A stretch of 64,000 bases of DNA from Eledone cirrhosa (Eukaryota): positions 362,514,001 through 362,578,000 of the forward strand of contig OZ024743.1 of assembly GCA_964016885.1 (NCBI GenBank). Reading direction: 5' to 3'. Positions 1 to 12,112 of this stretch are shown here, piece by piece (position 1 is the stretch's first letter; the number at the start of each line of letters is the position of its first letter). The position numbers were made by a program, and so were the translations under genes. The notes under the pieces are model-generated. The model saw only the letters and a list, made by a program, of their open reading frames with translations. It did not search any database and was not told where the DNA came from.

Positions 1-133
1 GTCAGGCAAATCATTACTGGAGACACGAGATCTGGCATGCGATTACGACAGATGGAGAGTACTGGTGCACAGCCTTTCTGGAATTAAGGGCATACGATAT
101 GATATATGATATATGTATATATAGTATATATAT

Positions 134-189
<56 letters not shown>

Positions 190-339
190 GTGTATGTGTG
201 TGTGTGTGTGTGTTTAAGTGTGTATATATCCACGAAATTTGGACAAGTCCAGGCTATAAAAGTACTCTACCTGGCTTCTCGGTATTTGAACGCCTCCAAA
301 TGTAGTTCCATTCTTGAAATTGTGAGTAGTAATAACCAG

Positions 340-760
340 GTAAGATGTGATTTGAGGGGAATTTGGTTACTATATCTAGGAAGGTAAGCAACCATGTTGA
401 GGCGCCCTCGTTTGCTTGTCTTAGTTGTTGTTAAACCCCAAGTTAAACCTCATTAAGCAGACCTAAAATCCTTGTTGTTCATGTTTTGTTTCATGTCAAC
501 GCTGATCAAGCAATCCTATGATGAGAAGCAGGCAGTTTCTCCTATCCTTAGACATCCCATATTTTACCCCAACCCTCTAATTTAAAAAATATCCATCGTT
601 TTCTTTTATTTCCAACATTATGTACGTAGAACTACATTATCTAATGTGGCCTTCCCTTTTTAATGCAATAGGATATGGTTGCGTGTAGGACAGAGGGATT
701 TGATTGCTATTTGTAGGAGGCCGTTTGATTGCGTTGTGGCTATTTCATTGGCTTGTGTGA
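340..760 (-). repeat. Old dispersed repeat family (unclassified)
   Basis: The motif GATTTGAGGGA..TTTGG..GCTATTTCTAG recurs, in reverse complement, at about 25900-26110, 26720-26900, 31340-31540, 37750-37940 and 62080-62280. Confidence 0.5.
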
Positions 761-996
761 CCTTTCTTAGTAGAATAAAATTGAAACGTTCACAGCAACT
801 GTTGGGAAAATAATTGTGTAATGTATAACTGTACCCTGAAGACGGTCAGTAAGGTTGAAAATGTCTGGTGTTGTTTCCCGAGTTTGCCAAAATAATTTAA
901 ATACTATTATTCATCATTCAGTTTTATTGCTGCATATGCATTTCTAATGAGATTTTTTTAAATGCTCACTGCATCAAATCTGTATCATGTAAGTGT

Positions 997-1175
997 GGGC
1001 GGTGGATTGGCAGTATCGGTAGAGGATCGGACGCCATGCTTTGCAGCATAGAGTTACCTCTCTTTAATCCCACCGAGGTTAATTTTGCCTTTCATCCTTA
1101 CAGGGTCGATAAAATAAAGTACCAGTAATACACTGGGTAATTGCTGGCCTTGTGCCAAAAGTAGAAACAATTATT
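997..1175 (+). mobile_element. Meta-domain tRNA-related SINE (short form)
   Basis: GGCGGTGGATTGGCAGTATCGGTAGAG head, central GCCTTTCATCCTTACRGGGTCGATAAAATAAAGTACCAG (Meta-SINE-like core) and tail GGCCTTGTGCCAAAAGTAGAAACAATTA. More than 15 related copies occur in the window. Confidence 0.8.
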
Positions 1176-1528
1176 TAAGTATATTGTTAACTTCCATAGG
1201 GGAATTACTTGAATGATTTATGGTATTTAATTCACTTTGACGTTCAGATTTAAAATCTTTCTTTTCATTCCCTGTTCCTTGGGTCCTAGCGTATGAGATT
1301 TAGTTGTTTTTTTTTTTTCTGTAGATGTAGTTATAAAGTTATAAACCGTGTTGGACATTACACTATACTTTAAATGTGTAGGAAAAATAAAAATAAAAAC
1401 ATCTGCTATAGAAAACAAGTGACAGTTGGCTGAGATGAATTACATCAGACAAATTATTTAACTATGGACTATGTATATATATAGAGAGATAGATCAAAAC
1501 ACTATTGTTTGACAGCCATTATGTCGAA

Positions 1529-1600
1529 GGCCCTGTGGCGCAACGGTAGCGCGTCTGACTCCAGATCAGAAGGCTGCGTGTTCGAATCACGTCGGGGTCA
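1529..1600 (+). tRNA. trnW-CCA: tRNA-Trp (anticodon CCA), apparently intact
   Basis: 72-nt GGCCCTGTGGCGCAACGGTAGCGCGTCTGACTCCAGATCAGAAGGCTGCGTGTTCGAATCACGTCGGGGTCA. It folds as a cloverleaf with a 7-bp acceptor stem (two G-U pairs), anticodon arm TCTGA-CTCCAGA-TCAGA and intact A and B boxes. It matches the canonical metazoan tRNA-Trp. Confidence 0.96.
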
Positions 1601-1604
1601 AACA

Positions 1605-1622
1605 TTTTTTTCTTTTTTTTTC
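1605..1622 (+). terminator. RNA polymerase III oligo-T terminator of tRNA-Trp
   Basis: Long T runs begin 4 nt after the discriminator base. Confidence 0.85.
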
Positions 1623-1869
1623 TAATAGTATAGTTTATTTAAAACGTTGTAATATTGTGTTTAAAATGATTAAGAAATCCATTACAGTACAAATTGAAAA
1701 CAGAGTGAAAAGGAAAGGTGAAGTTTAGAGTTTTACCATATATTTACATATATCAACTTCTAACGGATATTTCAAAAACAGTAGGGAGATTGAGCTTAGC
1801 TCAGACTTTTGCAAGGATGAGTATTTTGTTGTTTTACTTTTCTCAGAATGTAAAAATGATTTGGACGTT

Positions 1870-2335
1870 ATAATTTAATAGTAAAAGTATACAATAATGA
1901 AAATATCAAAATAAAATTTAAATAGTAAACAGAGAAAAGAGAAAAAAGGGTGACAAACAAATAATAAAACGAAAGGTGGTAGGAAGGGAGAAAACTCCAC
2001 ACCATGGAGGGGCAGGTAATCTCAGTTGCGCCTTGCGGAAAAGATAGCGAAAGCATTACCGCTGAGAATAATCAGTGACATCTGATGCATGGGCCATTCT
2101 ACCTCACGAGAATACTTCCTCGAGCGAGATACACTGCTCTCGATTTTGCGGAAGAAAACGGCCCCACGGCGACCAAGAACATAGGTGGCTTGATGACAAC
2201 CGGTACGTAAAGGAGGCAGTCTATCAAAGTCCGGTATTTCATTATCACCTGCTCCTCTGCGTTACGGGTAGCATTGCCCGGGTTTGTGACTGAAACCATA
2301 TGATCGGCGCTGAAGCTCGTATCACATGTGGTAAA
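1870..2335 (-). mobile_element. CRE-clade non-LTR retrotransposon 3' fragment (REL endonuclease C-terminus plus 3'UTR), pseudogenised
   Basis: The minus strand translates, with one frameshift, to TCDT..NPGNATRNAEEQVIMKYRTL..YVPVVI..VLG..FFRKI..SREVEWPMHQMSLIILSGNAFAIFSARRN*. This follows the CRE pattern KY..L..F.PV.ET.G..G / RE..WL.QR.SL...RGNA. It is homologous to 29990-30620. Confidence 0.7.
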
Positions 2336-2409
2336 TAAGAGATATAAATATGAGATGTAAAGTTTCCTTTACCTTTAAAGTTTAGGTTCTCAATACACAC
2401 ACACACGCA

Positions 2410-2410
<1 letters not shown>

Positions 2411-2494
<84 letters not shown>
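2411..2494 (+). repeat. (ATCT)n microsatellite
   Basis: About 21 perfect units directly upstream of a Tx1 fragment. Confidence 0.95.
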
Positions 2495-2816
2495 GATTCT
2501 TTTTTTCAAATACCACTTTGGAAGAAGAATCAGGATGGAGAGAGAGGTGCTGTACCCCAGCAAGTTTTATGAAAGGTGGGTTGAGGAAAAGGAGGAGGAG
2601 AGGAAAGGAGTACAAGCTCTTCGTACTCCTGGAGATGAGGGTTGCACATTTTTTTTCGGGGGTATGTGTTACCCATATAAACTGTCTCCCTCTATTGGGG
2701 AAAATCGACTAACTTTTAAATTCCATCTGTGATAACATTTTACACGTTTTTATTGTATGTAAACTTCCCCCTTTGTATTTGTCCCCTTCTTTTGTGCCCC
2801 TGTGGCTAATAAAGAA
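2495..2816 (+). mobile_element. 5'-truncated 3' end of Tx1-clade LINE (same family as 2893-7910)
   Basis: Near-identical to 7531-7910 apart from a deletion of about 50 bp. It ends in GGCTAATAAAGAA, followed at once by (ATCT)n. Confidence 0.92.

Positions 2817-2888
<72 letters not shown>
2817..2888 (+). repeat. (ATCT)n microsatellite between two Tx1 copies
   Basis: Perfect ATCT units. Confidence 0.95.
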
Positions 2889-2947
2889 CTCTGTCCAAAA
2901 AAAAAACAGAACTAAATATACAGATTGACATCTCTAATGCCGGAGAA

Positions 2948-4403
2948 TTGCTAAGAGATGCCAAGCAATATATAACTTTTGGGGAGAATGGCGCTTTTAG
3001 CATCACTTCTCCCCAAGAATTGCGTAGAGACACTGTCCTGAAAACTATAGTTTTTAGGACAATGTCAAATACCACCAGAAAACCAGCTCAATTAACTCAA
3101 AACGAAATTGAGCAGGTTCTAAGAAACTCCATGAAGGACATTACCTTCATACAGAAGTTTATCAATAATAATGAAAGACCAATTGACGGCACAGAAATAT
3201 TCTGTGTCGCCAATTGTCCCCCCCCCCCCCCTCTACACCCTTTTCCCCACATATATGGGAAAAAGGACCCCAAAAATAAAAGTAACAAATATCACACCAT
3301 CTGGTGGATATTAGCTGGTTTCATCAATTTTGATGAAGACACAATAATTTCGGTAGGAAAGTCCTCCAGGGGCTTATTCAACGGTACAAGCTTAGAAGTT
3401 CTGGTCCAAATGAGACCAGAACGGATAGCTAGAATACCACAACCTGTGCCTCTGGATGGAAATTCCTACATAAACATTTCTGTTGAGGGTAGGCGGCCTT
3501 CATCTTACCAGTGTTTAAGCAGTGGTCACCTGAGGGCTTCCTGTCCTCAATTAACTGCATTAAAAAAAGGCACTACTGCCGACACCCAACACAACAACAC
3601 AACCACCACCACCACAACAACAACAACACACAAAAATAGCAAAAGCAAACCAAACTGCAAACACAGTCCCACCCAACCCCTCCCCACCTAAAACAACTCC
3701 AAAAACACTCACAAGCACAACAGCTCTCCAAAACATACCCCTCCCCAATCAAACAGACACCACAACGGACGAAGCCCCCTCGTCATCACTCAGTGATGAT
3801 GAGGGAGAACCCCTCCGCTCCAAAAAAAGAAAGAAAAAAAGACATAACAGGAACAAAAAGGCAACAAACACACAACCACCAACACAAACAACACAACCAT
3901 TACAAACAAAAATCCCCCCTCCCGAAAACAAAACAATGACAACACTCCAAACACAAATACCCACAACAAAACGAAAACACACACAAGAACAACAGACAAA
4001 AACTAACACAACACAACAAAAATATTATACATACATAAACACTGACAATAAAACCTTGTTGGAGGTCATCTCCAAAAACCCTTCCGTGGAAACCGAAGGA
4101 AAATATTTTACCAAATGTAAAGACAAACCTAATTTAAGGATGATTAGGGTCCCTACAGACATCTATAAGTCCTTAAAGGAAAACTTTGCTGAGGACGTGG
4201 GGAATATGTGTGTTAAACCAACGAACCGCGTCCTCTTGAAACGTTTCCCCACCCCCACCCCAGACACCACCACCCTACCAGACACCCCCTCCTCACCAAA
4301 CATCTCCGTCCCCACCTCGCCAGGAACCACCACCCTACCAAACAACCCCTCCAACACCCCCATGGACATTGTGCAGCCTGGTCCCCAGGAGACGAAGAGG
4401 TAA
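2948..4403 (+). pseudogene. Tx1 ORF1 (gag-like nucleic-acid-binding protein), frameshifted
   Basis: ISVEGRRPSSYQCLSSGHLRASCP is a degenerate CX2CX4HX4C knuckle (intact as CYLCGSKGHLRAFC in copy D). It is followed by a Thr/Pro-rich low-complexity region and ends at TAA 4401-4403. Confidence 0.8.
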
Positions 4404-4443
4404 GTGATTTCTTTTCCTCTTTTTTTAACTTTTCAGCACCAAC

Positions 4444-7400
4444 ATGGCCAATATAAGAGGTGGATGTGTGAATGTACATGGCCTGGGGATGCCCTGGAAA
4501 CAGGGCAAACTCTTAAACGACCCCAGGTCGCACAGTATGGATGTAGTAGCCATTTGCGAATCCAGGATCCACAGCGAGCGACAGCTGGCCCCCATCTTCG
4601 ACGACTTTGAGATCTACGCATCTCTCTGTCAGTCGGGAGGTGGGGGCGGGGTTGCAGTTTTGCTGCGGAAACACCTGGACCTCGTAACACAGACGATACA
4701 TCTGGACCCGGAGGGTCGACTGGTGGTCCTAGACGTTGACGGTAGTGAAAGTGGAACCTTCAGGCTGGTGGCCGCATATGCCCCATCCGGGACACCGTGG
4801 CCAGACTTCTTCAAACGTCTAGAGACTTTTCTGGGAACGTCCCGCTCCTTGCTTTTAGTTGGGGACTGGAATGGAATCCTAGATGCACGTTGGGACTATG
4901 TGGGAGCATGTCCCGATAAAGGGAGGTGAAACAGCCTCAAACAGTTAATCGGCCGATTTGACCTGGCCGATAGATATCGACTAGATTTTCCGACTGTGCC
5001 ACGTGGACTAATCTCAGCGGAACATCTAGATCGTACCTAGATAGGGTTCTAGTGAGAAATAAAGATAAGGACATGTTAAGCTGTCCACAAATGTTCATGG
5101 TTGCCTATTCAGATCACAAACTAGTGACCTGTATGGTCAACCTTGATAGAACCCATCGACAAGGACCCGGCTACTGGAAGCTGAACTTGTCGTTACCGAC
5201 ATGCAAAGCCTACAGTAGACGGATTAGAACTTTAGTTAAACAGCACTTGACGGGCCATTGTCAACAACAGATGGTGGTACTCTCTCAAAGGGCAGTTAGA
5301 TTAGACTCGTTAGTTTATAGTAAAGAATTAGCGTTAAATAGAAATAGGACTGAGAAGGAACTGATAGATAAAGTAGAAGAGGCAATTAGAAGTGGCAACG
5401 TAGCCAGCGTGCTAGCAACAAGAACGGCCTTGGACCAGTCCTTCGACGCAAAGCACGAGGCTGCGTTGTCAGAAGCAAAATACGTGCTCTGGGTAACGAG
5501 GGAGCCAAAGCTGTTAGCTGGGCCCGGGTGACGGAGGCAAAAAGTGGCAACGAGTCCACGATTCGGCCTTTGAAGGACCAAGACGGATGCGTGACACGTG
5601 AGCCGAAGCTGATGTGCACGGCCTTTCAGCGGCACTTTGCTCAGCTGTTCGAGCAGGGCGCCGCGCCGGGAGGGGCTATGGATTTCGGTCCCTAGCTCGA
5701 CGGCCTACCGCGACTCTCGGACAGCGAGGCGAAGTTCTGCGAAAAGCCGTTTTCAGCCGCTAAGACAGGGGACTAGTCAGGAAGGACGAGAATGAGGGGA
5801 TTGACATAGGCAACTTCCGGCCCATAACTCTGCTAAACACAGAGTTACAGATTTTGGCAAAGATGTTGGCAAAGAAGCTGGCGCTTGTCGTCGAAAACCT
5901 GGTGGAAGAAGCGCAGACATGCGCAATCCGGACCAGGTCCATACACGACAACCACGACCTCATGCGATACATCATAGAGAGGGTAGTGTGTATACCCGGC
6001 TTCGGTGGGGCCCTGATCAACTTGGATCAATAAGGCTTTCGATAGGGTTGACCATCGTTACCTGCATGCGGTGCTCGAAGCGGCAGGCTTCGGACCCGTG
6101 TTCAGGGGCTGGATTGCTGCAATGCACAACAGCAGCATCTGCTCAATGGTCAAGGTGAACGGCTACTTCTCAGGTCCGTTCCATATCACGCGATCCATTC
6201 GACAGGGTTGCCCTCTCTCCTACCTTCTGTACGTATTGACTCTCGAGCCACTACTGCGGAAGTTGGAGCTATTGCAGGGCATCCCTCTGAAACCGGGACT
6301 GCGGAAAGCGGCGTCGGCCTACGCCGATGACGTGGAAGTAATGGTGTCGAGCACCTCACAAATCGAGGATGTTGGCACCTTACTGAAGGAATAAGAAAGG
6401 TTCACAGGAGCGAAGCTGAACCGGGACAAGTCCATCGGTTTGCAACACGGATCGTGGAGAGGAAAACCGATGCCTTCCGATGGCGTCGTCGGGCGCTGGA
6501 CGGAAGGACCGGTAAAGCTGCTCGAGGTCTGGTTTGGTCCGGACCTCCAGGTGGACAAGAACTGGAACGAGGTGACGGCCAAGGTGTTTGCACTCACCCA
6601 GAAGTGGGCCGAGTGCAAACTATCCTTGAAAGGTCGAGCGGAGGTGGCGAACACTTTTATAGCGTCCGTTATCTACTACCGCTTGACAGTCGTGCCTTGT
6701 CCAGCCAAAACACTGACCAAAATGGAGCGCGCTCTTCCAATTCCATTGGAAGAAGCCGGCTCCTTTGGTGAGAAGATCCATCTGCTGCCAACACCCTTCA
6801 AACGGAGGGCTGGGGATGCTGTGGCTGACGATGAGCAAACACGCGCTCAGGCTGTGGCACTTCCACGTATTCCTCACCGAACAACCGGCGTGGGGCCCCG
6901 TTCGTGAGGCGAGCATTCCCACGACTCGTCTCGCTGACCGAGCTGCAGTCCTGGGTCAAGCAAAGACCGAGGAAAATGGGCGACTGGAACATCGAATGTG
7001 CTCAGGCGCTCACAGCCCTCTGGCAGGCGGACCCGGAGATCAGTGGAGACACCACATCGTCACTCTATAGAGAGTTGGTCCGCAGCAAGGTGTAGAGGAA
7101 GACGAACTGGCCAGTCTGTTCGGTAGACCCTTCCGCCCGGGACCGATCGACAACTTCCAAAAGTCCCTGGCCTGGCAGTGATACCGAGGAGCTCTACCAG
7201 TTCGAGACAAGCTCTACAGATACGGGCGCCCGGGCAGGGACCCTTCGAAAGAGATCTGTCCGAGATGCGTGCGCGACGAGGAAACCGTCGCGCACGCATT
7301 TGTACACTTCCCGGGCGTTACCGACCTGTGGGGCTATGTAGAACGACTATTGTCGCGGGTGGTCCCAATCCGGTTGACCACCGAGGCCATTGTCATAATC

Positions 7401-7673
7401 AAACCGCCACCCTCCTTCAAAAACGAAGGAGAGGCGGTTTTCCTTTGTGTGATAGCTATGGCGAAAGAGGTGGTATGGTGGACGATGTTGAAAGGGCTGA
7501 GGTCAGACACCTTTCTCTGCGACCAACAACTGACTCTTTTTTTCAAATACCACTTTGGAAGAAGAATCAGGATGGAGAGAGAGGTGCTGTACCCCAGCAA
7601 GTTTTATGAAAGGTAGGTGAAAGTGGCGAGAATGGCCCGAGTGAATGGGCCTTCTCTCTATATCAGCCTGTAG
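4444..7673 (+). pseudogene. Tx1 ORF2 APE endonuclease / reverse transcriptase, disrupted
   Basis: APE motifs NVHGL, LLVGDWNGILD, YLDRV, SDHKLV and GPGYWKLN. RT motifs NFRPITLLN, KAFDRV, SIRQGCPLS and AYADD. C-terminal CPRC..EETVAHAF. Confidence 0.92.
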
Positions 7674-7993
7674 GTTGAGGAAAAGGAGGAAGAGAGGAAA
7701 GGGGTACAAACTCTTCGTACTCCTGGAGATGAGGGTTGCACATTTTTTTAGGGGGTATATGTTACCCATATGAAATGTCTCCGCCTATTGGGAAAAATCG
7801 ATTAACTTTTAAATTACATTTGTGATAATATTTTACACGTTTTTATTGTATGTAAACTTCCCCCTTTGTATTTGTCCCCTTTTGTTGTGCCCCTGTGGCT
7901 AATAAAGAAACATATCTCTATATATATATGTATGTAGTATGTATGTATATAGAGAGAGATGTAGACAGGTAGATAGAGAGATAGATAGATATG

Positions 7994-9732
7994 TTCATAT
8001 GGGTAACACATACCCCCGAAAAAATGTGCAACCCTCATCTCCAGGAGTACGAAGAGTTTGTACGCCCTTCCTCTCCTCCTCTTTTACCTCAACCTACAGG
8101 CTGATATAGAGAGAAGGCCCATTCACTCAGGCCATTCTCGCCACTTTCACCCACCTTTCATAAAACTTGCTGGGGTACAGCACCTCTCTCTCCATCCTGA
8201 TTCTTCTTCCAAAGTGGTATTTGAAAAAAAGAATCAGTTGTTGGTCGCAGAGAAAGGTGTCTGACCTCAGCCCTTTCAACCTTGTCCACCATACCACCTC
8301 TTTCGCCATAGCTATCATACAAAGGAAAACCGCCTCTTCGTTTTTAAAAGAGGGTGGCGGTTTGATCATGACAATGGACTCGGTGGTCAACCGGATTGGT
8401 CCCACCCGCGACAATAGTCGTTCTACATAGCCCCACAAGTCCGTGACGCCCGGGCAGTGTATGAATGCGTGCGCGACGGTTTCTTCGTCTCGCACGCACC
8501 TCGGACAGATCTCTTTCGTATCTGTAGAGCTTGTCTCGAACTAGTAGAGCTCCTCGGTATCACTGCCAGGCCAGGAACTTTTGGAAGTTGTGCATCTGTC
8601 CCGGGTGGAAGGTTCTACCGAAAAGACTGGCCAGTTCGTCTTCCTCTACACCTAGAATTTCTCCGAGCGCGTCGTCGCACTTGCTGCGGACCAACTCTCT
8701 ATAGAGTGACGATGTGGAGTCTCCACTGATCGCCGGGTCCGCCTGCCAGAGGGCTGTGAGCGCCTGAGCACATTCGATGTGCCAGTCGCCCATTTTCCTC
8801 GGTCTTTGCTTGACCCAGGACTACAGCTCGGTCAGGAGACGAGTCGTGGGAAGGCTCGCCTCAAGAACGGGGCCCCACACCGGTTGTCCGGTGAGGAATA
8901 CGTGGAGGTGCCGCAGCCTGAGCGCGTGTTTGCGCATCATCAGCCACAGCATCCCCAGCCCTCCGTTTGAAGGGTGTTGGCAGCAGATGGAACTTCTCAC
9001 AAAAGGAGCCCGCTTTTCCAAAGGAATTGGAAGAGCGCGCGCTCCATTTTGGTGAGCGTTTTTGCTGGACAAGGCACGACGGTCAAGCGGTAGTAGATGG
9101 CGGATGCTATAAAAGTGTTCCCCACCTCCGCTCGACCTTTCAAGGATAGTTTGCACTCGGCCCACTTCTGGGTGAGTGCAAACACCTTGGCCGTCACCTC
9201 GTTCCAGTTCTTCTCCACCGGACCAAACCAGACCCCGAGCAGCTTTACCGGTCCTTCCGTCCAGCGTCCGGCGACGCCATCGGAAGGCATCGGTTTTCCT
9301 CTCCACGATCCGAGTTGCAAACCGATGGACTTGTCCCGGTTCAGCTTCGCGCCTGTGAAACTTTCGTATTACTTCAGTAAGGTGCCGACTTCCTCGATAT
9401 GCGAGACGCTCGACACCATTACTGCCACGTCGTCGGCGTAGGCCGACACCGCTTTCCGCAGTCCCGGTTCCAGAGGGATGCCCTGCAATAGCTCCAACTT
9501 CCGCAGTAGTGGCTCGAGCGTCAGTACGTACAGAAGGGAGGAGAGAGGGCATCCCTGTCGAATGGATCGCGTGATATGGAACGGCTCCGAGAGGTAGCCG
9601 TTCACCTTGACCCTTGAGCAGATGTTGCTGTTGTGCATTGTAGCAATCCAGCCCCTGAACACGGGTCCGAAGCCTGCCGCCTTGAGCACCGCGTCCAGGT
9701 AACGATGGTCAACCCTATCGAAAGCCTTAGAC
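7994..9732 (-). mobile_element. Tx1-clade LINE copy B (RT C-half to 3'UTR), inverted relative to copy A
   Basis: Highly similar reverse complement of 6029-7774. It carries KAFDRVDHRYL, RQGCPLSSLLYVL, AYADD and ETVAHAFIHCP. Confidence 0.93.
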
Positions 9733-9739
9733 TTCAGAA

Positions 9740-12112
9740 GCGTGTTGTGCAAGTTCTCCTTTCTTCCTTTTGCTCTCTTCTTCAACCTACAGGTTTATAT
9801 ACAGAGAAGGCCCCCAATCACTCGGGAATTTTTGCCACATTCACCCACCTTTCAGTAAATTTACTGGGGTTCAGTGCCTCTCTCTCCACTCTGATTCTCC
9901 TTCTAAAGTGATATCTAAAGAAGGGAATGAGTTGTTGTCCGGAGAGAAAGACATCTGTCCTCAGTCTCGTCCACCATATAACCTCTTTCACCATAGCCAC
10001 TATACAGAGGTAAACCACCTCTCTTTCGTTTTTGAAAGAAGTTGGCGGTTTGATCCTTACTATGGACGCGACAGTCAACTGGATTTGTCCCATACGCGAC
10101 AGCAGTTGTTCCGCGTATTCCACAGGTCGGTTACGCCCGGGCAGTGTACAAGTGCGTGCAGGACGGTTTCAATGTCCTGCTCGCATCTTGGACACGTCCT
10201 CTTGGAAGGATCCCTGCCGGGGCGTTCGTGCCTGTAGATCTTGTCACGAACTGGTAGAGCTCCTCGGTAGCACTGCCAGGTCAGGGATCTCTGGAAGTTG
10301 TCCATAGGTCCCGAGCGGAAAGTCCTACCAAACAGACTGGTGAGTTCATCGTCTTCGACGCCTAGAGTCTCTCCAAGCACATCGTCGCCCTTGTGTCATA
10401 CTAACCCTCTATAGAATGTCGAAGTGAAGTCTCCACTGATTGCCGTGCCCGCATGACAGAGGACTGTGAGCGCCTGAGCGCATTCAATGTGCCAGGCGCC
10501 CATCTTCGGTCTTCGCTTGACCCAAGATTGCAGAGCTCCGTCAGCGAGACAAGTTGCGGGAAGCCCTGTCATACAAACGGTGTCCACACCGATTGGGGGT
10601 CGGTGAGGAATACCTGCAGATGCCGCAGCCTCAGCGCATGCTTGCGCATCATCAGCCACGGCATTCCCAGCCCTCCGTTGGAAGGGTGCTGACAGCAGAC
10701 GGATCTCCTCACCAGTGGAGCCTGCTTCTTCCAAAGCAACTGGAAGAGCATGCGTTCCATCTTGGTGAGGTGTTCCCGGGGACAAGGCACGACAGTCAAG
10801 CGGTAGTAGATGAAGGACGCTATGAAAGTGTTCGCCACCTCCGCTCGAACATTCAAGGATTAATTTGCACTCTGCCCATTTCTGGGTGAACGCAAATACC
10901 TTGGCCGTGACCTCGTTCCAGTTTTTCTCCACCTGGAGGTCTGGACCGAACAAGACCCCGAGCAATTTCACCGGTCCGTCCGTCCAGCGTCCGACGACGC
11001 TGTCGGACGGCATCGGTTTGCCTCTCCACGTTCCGAGTTGCAAACCGACAGACTTGTCCGGATTCAGTTTTGCTACTGTGAGCCTTTCATATTCCTGCAG
11101 TAAGTTGCCGATCGCCCCGATTTTGGAGGCTTCCGACACCATTACCGTCACGTCGTCGGAATGCCCTGATGCAGCTCCAGCTTCCGCAATAGTGGCTCTA
11201 GAGTTAGTACGTACAGAATGGAGGAGAGAGTGCATCCCCGTCGGATAGAACGCGTGATTGCGAACGGCTCCGATAGGTAGCCGTTCACCTTGACCATCGA
11301 GCAGATATTGGTGTGCATTGCGGCGATCCAGCCTCTGAACACGGGTCGGAAACCGGCCGCCTTGAGAACCGCTTCCAAGTATCGATGGCCAACCCTATCG
11401 AACGCCTTAGACTGATCTTAATTTATCAGAGCCCCACCAAAGCCGGGTTTACACCCCACCCTCTCTATGATGTATCGCATGAGGTGGAGGTTGTCGCGTA
11501 TGGACCTGGCCGGGATTGCACACGTTTGCGCTTTCCGTACCAGCTTCTCGACGACAAGCGCCAACCTCGTTGCCAACACCTTGGCCAAAATCTTTAACTC
11601 TGTGTTGAGCAGAGTTATGGGCCTAAAGTTGCTTAGTTCGTCCCCCTTGTTGTCGCCTTTCCTGATCAGCGTTACTACGCCCCTGCCTGCAGAACAGGGA
11701 ATTCTCCCGTTCTGCTGCCAGTTGCAGTAGACGGCCTCGAGGATGCCAGAGAACAAGTCCGGCATGCCTATGTAAAACTAATAGGGTAGACCAGCTAGAC
11801 CGGGTGATTTGCGCAGCGGCCCAGAGCGTCCCGTATCTCAGTGGCTGCGATCGGTCTTTCGCAGAACTCGGCGTCCATGCTCGAGCGACGCGGCAGGCCG
11901 TCGAGGTATGAACCGAAGTCCATTGCCCCGTTCGACGCACCGTGACTCTGCCCGAACAGTTGCGCAAAGTGCCGCTGAAAGGCCGCGCACATCCGCTTGG
12001 AGTCAAGTACCACGCGTCCGTTTGGGTCGTTCAAAGACCGAATCGTGGCCTTGTTGCCACTTTTCGCCTCTGCCACTCGGGCCCAGCTAACAGCTTTCGG
12101 TCCATCGTTTCT
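9740..12112 (-). mobile_element. Tx1-clade LINE copy C (related subfamily), 5'-truncated
   Basis: Carries NFRPITLLNTELKILAKVLA, RSIRRGCTLS and CPRCEQDIETVLHALVHCP. Its 5' junction abuts (AGAT)n at about 12113. Confidence 0.92.

Larger units (their letters stand above)
2893..7910 (+). mobile_element. Near full-length Tx1-clade non-LTR retrotransposon (copy A), decayed
   Basis: ORF1, ORF2 (APE, RT, C-terminal Cys/His motif) and a 3'UTR ending AATAAAGAAA. It has multiple stops and frameshifts and an internal deletion at about 5762. Confidence 0.93.

Noticed and set aside
832-870. CTGAAGA...GAAA hammerhead-like motif (also about 21395-21430 and 30895-30932)
   Set aside because: The stems are mostly wobble pairs or core bases are mutated. 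They are treated as relics at most and not called as features.
8821-9552. 243-aa and other long alternative-frame ORFs in the Tx1 copies
   Set aside because: They are off-frame or antisense readings of GC-rich ORF2 sequence joined by frameshifts, not separate genes.
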